A stretch of 64,000 bases of DNA, taken from NCBI RefSeq assembly GCF_011045215.1, contig NZ_CP049201.1; one strand, given 5' to 3'. This DNA comes from Escherichia coli. Lineage in GTDB: Bacteria; Pseudomonadota; Gammaproteobacteria; Enterobacterales; Enterobacteriaceae. This document shows positions 56,491 through 64,000 of the stretch, in pieces. How positions within the stretch are numbered: the stretch's first letter is position 1; every line of letters begins with the position of its first letter. A program made the position numbers and the translations under genes. Below the pieces are notes generated by a model. It made no database searches. It saw only the letters and a program-made list of their open reading frames with translations, and had not been told where the DNA came from.

Positions 56491-58524
56491 TTATTTCACC
56501 TGATGACCCGGTTTAGCACCAGCATCCGGGCTTAGCAGGAAAATATCTTTCCCGCCAGGACCGGCAGCCATCACCATGCCTTCAGAGATACCGAAGCGCA
56601 TTTTACGTGGTGCCAGGTTAGCCACCATAATGGTGTGACGACCAATCAGTGCCTGCGGATCCGGGTAAGCAGAACGAATGCCGGAGAAGACATTACGCTT
56701 TTCGCCGCCGAGATCCAGCGTCAGGCGTAGCAGTTTGTCAGAACCTTCAACAAACTCTGCGTTTTCAATCAGCGCCACGCGCAGGTCAACTTTGGCGAAG
56801 TCGTCAAAGGTGATGGTTTCCTGAATCGGATCATCTGCCAGTGGGCCAGTAACTGGCGCGGCAGCTGCTTTCACTTCTTCTTTAGACGCTTCCACCAGTG
56901 CTTCAACCTGCTTCATATCGATGCGGTTATATAGCGCCTTGAACGGATTCACTTTGTGGCCCAGCAGCGGTTGCTGGATACCATCCCAGGTCAGTTCCGT
57001 ATTGAGGAATGCTTCTGCACGCTCGGTCAGTTTCGGCAGTACCGGCTTCAGGTAAGTCATCAGCACGCGGAACAGGTTTATGCCCATCGAGCAAATTGCC
57101 TGCAGGTCAGCATCGCGGCCTTCCTGTTTCGCTACCACCCACGGAGCCTGTTCATCGACATAGCGGTTAGCCAGATCAGCCAGCGCCATAATTTCGCGCA
57201 CTGCTTTACCAAATTCGCGGCTTTCCCACGCTTCACCAATCACTTCAGCGGCATCAGTGAAGGTTTTGTACAACTGCGGGTCAGCCAGTTCGCTTGCCAG
57301 CACACCGTCAAAACGCTTGTTGATAAAGCCCGCATTACGAGAGGCCAGGTTAACCACTTTATTAACGATATCGGCATTCACGCGCTGAACGAAATCTTCC
57401 AGGTTGAGATCGATATCATCAATGCGCGAAGAGAGTTTCGCAGTGTAGTAGTAACGCAGGCTGTCGGCGTCAAAATGATTCAGCCAGGTGCTGGCTTTAA
57501 TAAAGGTACCGCGAGACTTGGACATTTTCGCGCCGTTCACCGTCACATAGCCGTGAACAAACAGGTTGGTCGGCTTGCGGAAGTTGCTACCTTCCAGCAT
57601 TGCTGGCCAGAACAGGCTGTGGAAGTAAACGATATCTTTACCGATGAAGTGGTACAGCTCGGCGGTGGAGTCTTTCTTCCAGTATTCATCGAAGCTTACG
57701 CTATCGCCGCGCTTGTCGCACAGATTCTTGAAAGAACCCATATAGCCAATCGGTGCGTCCAACCAGACGTAGAAATATTTGCCCGGCGCGTTCGGAATTT
57801 CAAAACCGAAATAAGGGGCATCGCGGGAGATATCCCACTGTTGCAGGCCAGATTCAAACCACTCCTGCATTTTATTTGCCACCTGCTCCTGCAACGCACC
57901 GCTGCGGGTCCATGCCTGCAGCATTTCGCTGAAAGAGGGCAGATCAAAGAAGAAGTGTTCAGAATCACGCATTACCGGGGTGGCGCCAGAAACCACCGAT
58001 TTCGGCTCGATCAGTTCAGTCGGGCTGTAGGTCGCACCGCAGACTTCGCAGTTATCGCCGTATTGATCCGGGGATTTACATTTCGGGCAGGTGCCTTTCA
58101 CAAAACGGTCCGGCAGGAACATGCCTTTTTCCGGATCGTACAGCTGAGAGATGGTGCGGTTTTTAATAAAACCGTTTTCTTTCAGGCGAGAGTAGATAAG
58201 TTCTGACAACTGGCGGTTCTCTTCGCTGTGCGTCGAGTGATAGTTGTCATAGCTGATGTTAAAGCCTGCGAAATCAGTCTGATGCTCCTGACTCATTTCG
58301 CCAATCATCTGCTCCGGGGTGATACCAAGCTGCTGAGCTTTCAGCATGATCGGTGTACCGTGGGCATCGTCGGCGCAGATGAAGTTGACCTCGTGGCCGC
58401 GCATTCGCTGGTAACGGACCCAGACATCAGCCTGGATGTGCTCCAGCATATGGCCGAGGTGGATTGAGCCGTTAGCGTACGGCAGTGCGCACGTCACCAG
58501 AATTTTCTTCGCGACTTGAGTCAT
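56491..58524 (-). CDS. metG: Methionyl-tRNA synthetase
   Basis: Class I HIGH motif ([11 protein letters not shown]), KMSKS motif, zinc knuckle CPKCK...CEVCG, C-terminal tRNA-binding domain; 677 aa from internal start MTQVAKK.... Confidence 0.9.
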   Translation of the reverse strand: MTQVAKKILVTCALPYANGSIHLGHMLEHIQADVWVRYQRMRGHEVNFICADDAHGTPIMLKAQQLGITPEQMIGEMSQEHQTDFAGFNISYDNYHSTHSEENRQLSELIYSRLKENGFIKNRTISQLYDPEKGMFLPDRFVKGTCPKCKSPDQYGDNCEVCGATYSPTELIEPKSVVSGATPVMRDSEHFFFDLPSFSEMLQAWTRSGALQEQVANKMQEWFESGLQQWDISRDAPYFGFEIPNAPGKYFYVWLDAPIGYMGSFKNLCDKRGDSVSFDEYWKKDSTAELYHFIGKDIVYFHSLFWPAMLEGSNFRKPTNLFVHGYVTVNGAKMSKSRGTFIKASTWLNHFDADSLRYYYTAKLSSRIDDIDLNLEDFVQRVNADIVNKVVNLASRNAGFINKRFDGVLASELADPQLYKTFTDAAEVIGEAWESREFGKAVREIMALADLANRYVDEQAPWVVAKQEGRDADLQAICSMGINLFRVLMTYLKPVLPKLTERAEAFLNTELTWDGIQQPLLGHKVNPFKALYNRIDMKQVEALVEASKEEVKAAAAPVTGPLADDPIQETITFDDFAKVDLRVALIENAEFVEGSDKLLRLTLDLGGEKRNVFSGIRSAYPDPQALIGRHTIMVANLAPRKMRFGISEGMVMAAGPGGKDIFLLSPDAGAKPGHQVK

Positions 58525-58655
58525 AGTAGGCATTACTTCTTAATAGTGAAAAGGGGTTAGATAGTACCAAATGGGAAAATGTTAAGTAAGTACTTCTCTA
58601 TATTCTTCAGGTAAACTATCAGCTGATGGTTTATCTATACAAAAAAGGAGTCGGG

Positions 58656-59765
58656 ATGAACGAACAATCCCAGGCCAAATCACCAGAAGCCTTGCGCGCA
58701 ATGGTCGCCGGGACACTGGCCAATTTTCAGCACCCAACCCTGAAGCATAACCTCACCACGCTGAAAGCGTTGCACCATGTCGCCTGGATGGACGACACGT
58801 TGCATGTGGAACTGGTTATGCCATTCGTCTGGCATAGCGCGTTTGAAGAGTTAAAAGAGCAATGTAGCGCCGAACTGCTGCGTATCACCGGGGCGAAAGC
58901 TATCGACTGGAAACTGTCGCACAATATCGCCACCTTAAAACGCGTGAAGAATCAGCCGGGTATTAATGGCGTGAAGAACATCATTGCGGTCAGTTCCGGT
59001 AAAGGCGGCGTGGGTAAATCCTCCACGGCGGTAAACCTGGCGTTGGCACTGGCGGCGGAAGGGGCGAAAGTCGGCATTCTGGACGCCGATATCTACGGTC
59101 CATCAATTCCCACCATGCTGGGCGCAGAAAATCAGCGTCCAACTTCGCCGGACGGTACCCATATGGCACCGATTATGTCTCATGGCCTGGCAACCAATTC
59201 AATTGGTTATCTGGTCACTGACGACAATGCGATGGTGTGGCGTGGACCGATGGCGAGCAAGGCGTTAATGCAGATGTTGCAGGAAACCTTGTGGCCGGAT
59301 CTCGACTATCTGGTGCTTGATATGCCGCCAGGCACCGGTGACATTCAATTGACGCTGGCGCAAAACATTCCAGTAACTGGTGCAGTCGTGGTCACCACCC
59401 CGCAGGACATCGCGTTGATCGATGCGAAAAAAGGCATTGTGATGTTCGAGAAAGTCGAGGTTCCGGTGCTCGGTATTGTCGAGAACATGAGTGTGCATAT
59501 TTGCAGTAACTGTGGTCACCATGAACCGATTTTCGGTACCGGTGGTGCAGAGAAACTGGCTGAAAAATACCATACACAGCTGCTGGGGCAGATGCCGTTA
59601 CACATCTCCTTACGTGAGGATCTCGATAAAGGCACGCCAACGGTTATCAGCCGTCCGGAGAGCGAATTTACCGCTATCTACCGCCAGCTGGCTGACCGCG
59701 TTGCAGCTCAGCTCTACTGGCAGGGTGAAGTCATTCCAGGCGAGATTTCCTTCCGCGCGGTCTAA
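58656..59765 (+). CDS. apbC: Fe-S cluster carrier ATPase (Mrp/NBP35 family)
   Basis: Deviant Walker A SGKGGVGKSST and CxxC motif (CSNCGH); 369 aa from internal start MNEQSQ.... Confidence 0.85.
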   Translation: MNEQSQAKSPEALRAMVAGTLANFQHPTLKHNLTTLKALHHVAWMDDTLHVELVMPFVWHSAFEELKEQCSAELLRITGAKAIDWKLSHNIATLKRVKNQPGINGVKNIIAVSSGKGGVGKSSTAVNLALALAAEGAKVGILDADIYGPSIPTMLGAENQRPTSPDGTHMAPIMSHGLATNSIGYLVTDDNAMVWRGPMASKALMQMLQETLWPDLDYLVLDMPPGTGDIQLTLAQNIPVTGAVVVTTPQDIALIDAKKGIVMFEKVEVPVLGIVENMSVHICSNCGHHEPIFGTGGAEKLAEKYHTQLLGQMPLHISLREDLDKGTPTVISRPESEFTAIYRQLADRVAAQLYWQGEVIPGEISFRAV

Positions 59766-60026
59766 CGCCTATTAACCATTCTGGTTATTCTTCATACACC
59801 GCAGAGATGTTATATTGATGCGGTGTATTTGTTTTTGCCGCATTAATGAACACTTATTTAATACTGCGAATATTCAGTGGATCTTAGTCCGAAACTGTAC
59901 AAAGTCGATTGATCGTACAGGCAATGCTTCATTATCATCCTTCGTGCTGTGTAGTGGATGTACAGCTATAGTTTGTTATGCACTCATTCTATCCAGGCAT
60001 AACCTTTACTACAGGGATAACGTTCA

Positions 60027-60308
60027 ATGAATAAGTATTGGCTGTCAGGAATTATTTTTCTTGCCTATGGATTGGCTTCTCCCGCGTTCTCTTCAGAGAC
60101 TGCAACATTAACGATTAATGGCAGGATCAGTCCCCCAACATGCAGTATGGCTATGGTTAATAGTCAACCTCAACAGCATTGTGGTCAGTTAACGTATAAT
60201 GTCGATACCCGTCATCAGGTTTCTTCGCCCGTCAAAGGTGTAACGACAGAAGTGGTTGTTGCAGGTAGTGATAGCAAACGTCGAATCGTGTTAAATCGCT
60301 ACGATTAA
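60027..60308 (+). CDS. yehE: Small secreted protein (DUF2574), upstream of the yeh fimbrial genes
   Basis: 93 aa with signal peptide. Confidence 0.6.
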   Translation: MNKYWLSGIIFLAYGLASPAFSSETATLTINGRISPPTCSMAMVNSQPQQHCGQLTYNVDTRHQVSSPVKGVTTEVVVAGSDSKRRIVLNRYD

Positions 60309-60340
60309 TTTGGCAACCTGATTTTAATTGCATTTAGAAA

Positions 60341-60378
60341 GCCGAAATCATTTATATAAATGATTTCGGCTTTTTTTA
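60341..60378 (+). terminator. Rho-independent terminator after yehE
   Basis: Hairpin gccgaaatcatttatataaatgatttcggc followed by TTTTTTT. Confidence 0.7.
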
Positions 60379-60379
60379 T

Positions 60380-60600
60380 TGATATCAACAATACCATTTA
60401 CATAAATCTACATTAATTAATAGATGCGATAAATATTTAATACTCTTAAGTATTTGTTGTATTTATATTGCAATGGTTAATTTGTTTTAAATCAATAAAA
60501 CAATATGTTTACATTGCGGCAACTTTTTTGATGTGAGAAATTTGTTTCCAAGAGATACAGACTCTTAACAACCAAAAATAAATTTTATTAAGGAACATAT
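60380..60600. promoter_or_regulatory. AT-rich curved-DNA-like promoter region of the yeh fimbrial operon (likely H-NS target)
   Basis: Roughly 80% A+T with phased A/T tracts directly upstream of yehD. Confidence 0.4.
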
Positions 60601-60601
60601 T

Positions 60602-61144
60602 ATGAAACGTTCAATTATTGCTGTCGCTGTCTTTTCTTCTTTTTTTATGAGCGCTGGAGTATTTGCTGCAGACGTTGATACCGGAACATTAACTATTAAA
60701 GGGAATATTGCAGAATCTCCGTGTAAATTCGAAGCGGGTGGTGATTCAGTAAGTATTAATATGCCGACTGTACCAACCACTGTCTTTGAAGGTAAAGCTA
60801 AATATTCTACCTATGATGATGCAGTCGGTGTAACCAGCAGCATGTTAAAAATTAGCTGCCCGAAAGAAGTTGCTGGTGTAAAACTCTCGTTGATTACCAA
60901 CGATAAAATAACTGGTAACGATAAGGCGATAGCCAGTAGCAACGATACTGTGGGTTACTATCTCTATTTAGGTGATAACAGCGATGTCCTGGATGTTTCT
61001 GCACCTTTTAATATTGAGAGTTATAAAACAGCGGAAGGTCAATATGCTATTCCGTTTAAAGCAAAATACCTGAAACTGACAGATAACTCAGTGCAATCAG
61101 GTGATGTATTATCTTCTCTGGTTATGCGTGTGGCGCAGGATTAA
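60602..61144 (+). CDS. yehD: Fimbrial major subunit (pilin)
   Basis: 180 aa with signal peptide and Cys pair typical of chaperone-usher pilins. Confidence 0.75.
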   Translation: MKRSIIAVAVFSSFFMSAGVFAADVDTGTLTIKGNIAESPCKFEAGGDSVSINMPTVPTTVFEGKAKYSTYDDAVGVTSSMLKISCPKEVAGVKLSLITNDKITGNDKAIASSNDTVGYYLYLGDNSDVLDVSAPFNIESYKTAEGQYAIPFKAKYLKLTDNSVQSGDVLSSLVMRVAQD

Positions 61145-61224
61145 TAAATAAAATTGCAAGTTTCTCCAGGTAATAAACATGGCCGCTATCCCCATGGCGG
61201 CTTTTTAATTTAAGAGGCATTAAG

Positions 61225-61899
61225 ATGAAAGGATTATTATCTTTACTCATTTTTTCTATGGTCCTTCCTGCACATGCCGGAATTGTTATCTACGGGACGC
61301 GCATTATTTACCCGGCAGAAAATAAAGAAGTTATGGTGCAGTTGATGAACCAGGGAAACCGTTCTTCGCTGCTGCAGGCGTGGATTGATGATGGCGATAC
61401 GTCGTTACCACCAGAAAAAATTCAGGTTCCTTTCATGTTAACGCCACCAGTGGCAAAAATAGGGGCAAATTCCGGCCAGCAAGTAAAAATCAAAATTATG
61501 CCGAATAAACTGCCCACTAATAAAGAAAGCATTTTTTATCTGAATGTTCTGGATATTCCACCAAATAGTCCAGAACAAGAAGGTAAGAATGCACTGAAGT
61601 TTGCGATGCAAAACAGAATCAAATTGTTTTACCGGCCGGCGGGTATTGCTCCGGTAAATAAAGCGACCTTTAAAAAGTTACTGGTAAATCGCAGTGGCAA
61701 TGGATTGGTGATAAAAAATGACTCAGCTAATTGGGTGACGATTTCGGATGTCAAAGCTAATAATGTTAAAGTCAATTATGAAACTATTATGATTGCCCCC
61801 TTAGAAAGTCAGAGTGTTAATGTCAAAAGTAATAATGCAAATAACTGGTATCTGACCATTATCGATGACCACGGCAACTATATTAGTGACAAAATTTAA
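61225..61899 (+). CDS. yehC: Periplasmic fimbrial chaperone (PapD-like)
   Basis: Signal peptide then GTRIIYP.. motif characteristic of PapD-family chaperones. Confidence 0.75.
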   Translation: MKGLLSLLIFSMVLPAHAGIVIYGTRIIYPAENKEVMVQLMNQGNRSSLLQAWIDDGDTSLPPEKIQVPFMLTPPVAKIGANSGQQVKIKIMPNKLPTNKESIFYLNVLDIPPNSPEQEGKNALKFAMQNRIKLFYRPAGIAPVNKATFKKLLVNRSGNGLVIKNDSANWVTISDVKANNVKVNYETIMIAPLESQSVNVKSNNANNWYLTIIDDHGNYISDKI

Positions 61900-61914
61900 T
61901 TGCAGGAGCTGCCT

Positions 61915-64000
61915 ATGTTGAGAATGACCCCACTTGCATCAGCAATCGTAGCGTTATTGCTCGGCATTGAAGCTTATGCAGCTGAAGAAACCTTTGATAC
62001 CCATTTTATGATAGGTGGAATGAAAGACCAGCAGGTTGCAAATATTCGTCTTGATGATAATCAACCCTTACCGGGGCAGTATGACATCGATATTTATGTC
62101 AATAAGCAATGGCGCGGGAAATATGAGATTATTGTTAAAGACAACCCGCAAGAAACATGTTTATCAAGAGAAGTTATCAAGCGGTTAGGCATTAATAGCG
62201 ATAACTTCGCCAGCGGTAAGCAATGTTTAACATTTGAGCAACTTGTTCAGGGTGGGAGCTATACCTGGGATATCGGGGTTTTTCGTCTCGATTTCAGTGT
62301 CCCGCAGGCCTGGGTGGAAGAACTGGAAAGTGGCTATGTTCCACCGGAAAACTGGGAGCGGGGTATTAATGCGTTTTATACCTCTTATTATGTGAGTCAG
62401 TATTACAGTGACTATAAAGCGTCGGGTAATAGTAAGAGTACATATGTACGTTTTAACAGCGGGTTAAATTTACTGGGGTGGCAACTGCATTCTGATGCCA
62501 GTTTCAGTAAAACAAATAACAATCCAGGGGTGTGGAAAAGCAATACCCTGTATCTGGAACGTGGATTTGCCCAACTTCTCGGCACGCTTCGCGTGGGTGA
62601 TATGTACACATCAAGCGATATTTTTGATTCTGTTCGCTTCAGAGGTGTGCGGTTGTTTCGTGATATGCAGATGTTGCCTAACTCGAAACAAAATTTTACG
62701 CCACGGGTGCAGGGGATTGCTCAGAGTAACGCGCTGGTAACTATTGAACAGAATGGTTTTGTGGTTTATCAGAAAGAGGTTCCTCCTGGCCCGTTTGCAA
62801 TTACAGATTTGCAGTTGGCCGGTGGTGGAGCAGATCTTGATGTCAGCGTGAAAGAGGCGGACGGTTCGGTAACCACCTATCTGGTGCCTTATGCAGCCGT
62901 GCCAAATATGCTGCAACCCGGCGTGTCGAAATATGATTTTGCGGCGGGTCGTAGCCATATTGAAGGGGCGAGCAAACAAAGTGATTTTGTCCAGGCGGGT
63001 TATCAGTATGGTTTTAATAACTTATTGACGCTGTATGGTGGCTCGATGGTCGCGAATAATTATTACGCGTTCACTTTGGGGACTGGCTGGAATACACGCA
63101 TTGGTGCCATTTCCGTCGATGCCACGAAGTCGCATAGTAAACAAGACAACGGCGATGTGTTTGACGGGCAAAGTTATCAAATTGCCTACAACAAATTTGT
63201 GAGCCAAACGTCGACGCGTTTTGGTCTGGCGGCCTGGCGTTATTCGTCGCGTGACTACCGGACATTTAACGATCACGTTTGGGCAAACAATAAAGATAAT
63301 TATCGCCGTGATGAAAACGATGTCTATGACATTGCCGATTATTACCAGAATGATTTTGGTCGCAAAAATAGCTTTTCCGCCAATATGAGCCAGTCATTGC
63401 CAGAAGGTTGGGGTTCTGTGTCATTAAGTACGTTATGGCGAGATTACTGGGGGCGTAGCGGCAGTAGTAAGGATTATCAGTTGAGTTATTCCAACAACCT
63501 GCGACGGATAAGCTATACCCTCGCGGCAAGCCAGGCTTATGACGAGAATCATCATGAAGAGAAACGTTTTAATATTTTTATATCGATTCCCTTTGATTGG
63601 GGTGATGACGTTTCGACGCCTCGTCGGCAAATATATATGTCTAACTCAACGACGTTTGATGATCAGGGGTTTGCCTCAAATAATACGGGATTATCAGGAA
63701 CAGTAGGGAGTCGGGATCAGTTCAATTATGGTGTCAACCTGAGTCATCAACATCAGGGAAATGAAACGACAGCTGGAGCGAATTTAAACTGGAACGCGCC
63801 GGTGGCAACAGTGAATGGCAGTTATAGTCAGTCGAGTACTTATCGACAGGCTGGAGCCAGTGTTTCAGGGGGCATTGTCGCCTGGTCGGGTGGCGTTAAT
63901 CTGGCGAACCGTCTTTCCGAAACGTTTGCTGTGATGAATGCGCCAGGAATTAAAGATGCTTATGTCAATGGGCAAAAATATCGCACAACAAACCGTAATG
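61915..64000 (+). CDS. yehB: Fimbrial outer-membrane usher (PapC/FimD family), 3' end lies outside the window
   Basis: ATG at 61915 opens a frame that runs uninterrupted to the window end (no stop, hence absent from the ORF track); usher-like signal peptide and beta-rich composition. Confidence 0.75.
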   Translation, partial: MLRMTPLASAIVALLLGIEAYAAEETFDTHFMIGGMKDQQVANIRLDDNQPLPGQYDIDIYVNKQWRGKYEIIVKDNPQETCLSREVIKRLGINSDNFASGKQCLTFEQLVQGGSYTWDIGVFRLDFSVPQAWVEELESGYVPPENWERGINAFYTSYYVSQYYSDYKASGNSKSTYVRFNSGLNLLGWQLHSDASFSKTNNNPGVWKSNTLYLERGFAQLLGTLRVGDMYTSSDIFDSVRFRGVRLFRDMQMLPNSKQNFTPRVQGIAQSNALVTIEQNGFVVYQKEVPPGPFAITDLQLAGGGADLDVSVKEADGSVTTYLVPYAAVPNMLQPGVSKYDFAAGRSHIEGASKQSDFVQAGYQYGFNNLLTLYGGSMVANNYYAFTLGTGWNTRIGAISVDATKSHSKQDNGDVFDGQSYQIAYNKFVSQTSTRFGLAAWRYSSRDYRTFNDHVWANNKDNYRRDENDVYDIADYYQNDFGRKNSFSANMSQSLPEGWGSVSLSTLWRDYWGRSGSSKDYQLSYSNNLRRISYTLAASQAYDENHHEEKRFNIFISIPFDWGDDVSTPRRQIYMSNSTTFDDQGFASNNTGLSGTVGSRDQFNYGVNLSHQHQGNETTAGANLNWNAPVATVNGSYSQSSTYRQAGASVSGGIVAWSGGVNLANRLSETFAVMNAPGIKDAYVNGQKYRTTNRN

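Noticed and set aside
56956-58206. 416-aa plus-strand ORF
   Set aside because: It is antisense to metG, which has unmistakable aaRS motifs, and the translation is low-complexity; a shadow ORF.

Overview
This window reads as an Escherichia coli-type chromosomal segment, syntenic in inverted orientation with the K-12 yeiE-lysP-cirA ... metG-apbC-yehEDCB region; all gene names are assigned from memory of that synteny and from motifs visible in the translations, with no database search run. Most of it is ordinary housekeeping: lysP, cirA, folE, galS-mglBAC, preTA, cdd, dusC, pbpG, dld, bglX, osmF-yehYXW, mlrA, btsSR, metG and apbC, separated by REP/BIME repeats and several clear hairpin terminators. 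Many ORF-track entries overshoot the likely start codon, and I have trimmed them to internal Met codons that restore compact operon spacing. The part worth a second look is a roughly 18 kb minus-strand block at 38.3-56.4 kb. It holds three tandem giant paralogs (molR-like, a mosaic middle copy, yehI), the small yehK gene, and a translationally coupled four-gene module yehLMPQ encoding a MoxR-type AAA+ ATPase, a large unknown protein, a VWA/MIDAS protein and a double SWIM zinc-finger protein. I could not assign a function to this block from the sequence, and the architecture resembles NTP-dependent conflict/defence-type systems. Between yehK and yehL sits an unannotated, apparently self-contained 29-codon hydrophobic ORF with promoter, strong SD and hairpin, resembling a type I toxin gene. 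The window ends in the AT-rich yeh chaperone-usher fimbrial operon. No IS elements, integrases, CRISPR arrays or tRNA/rRNA genes were found.
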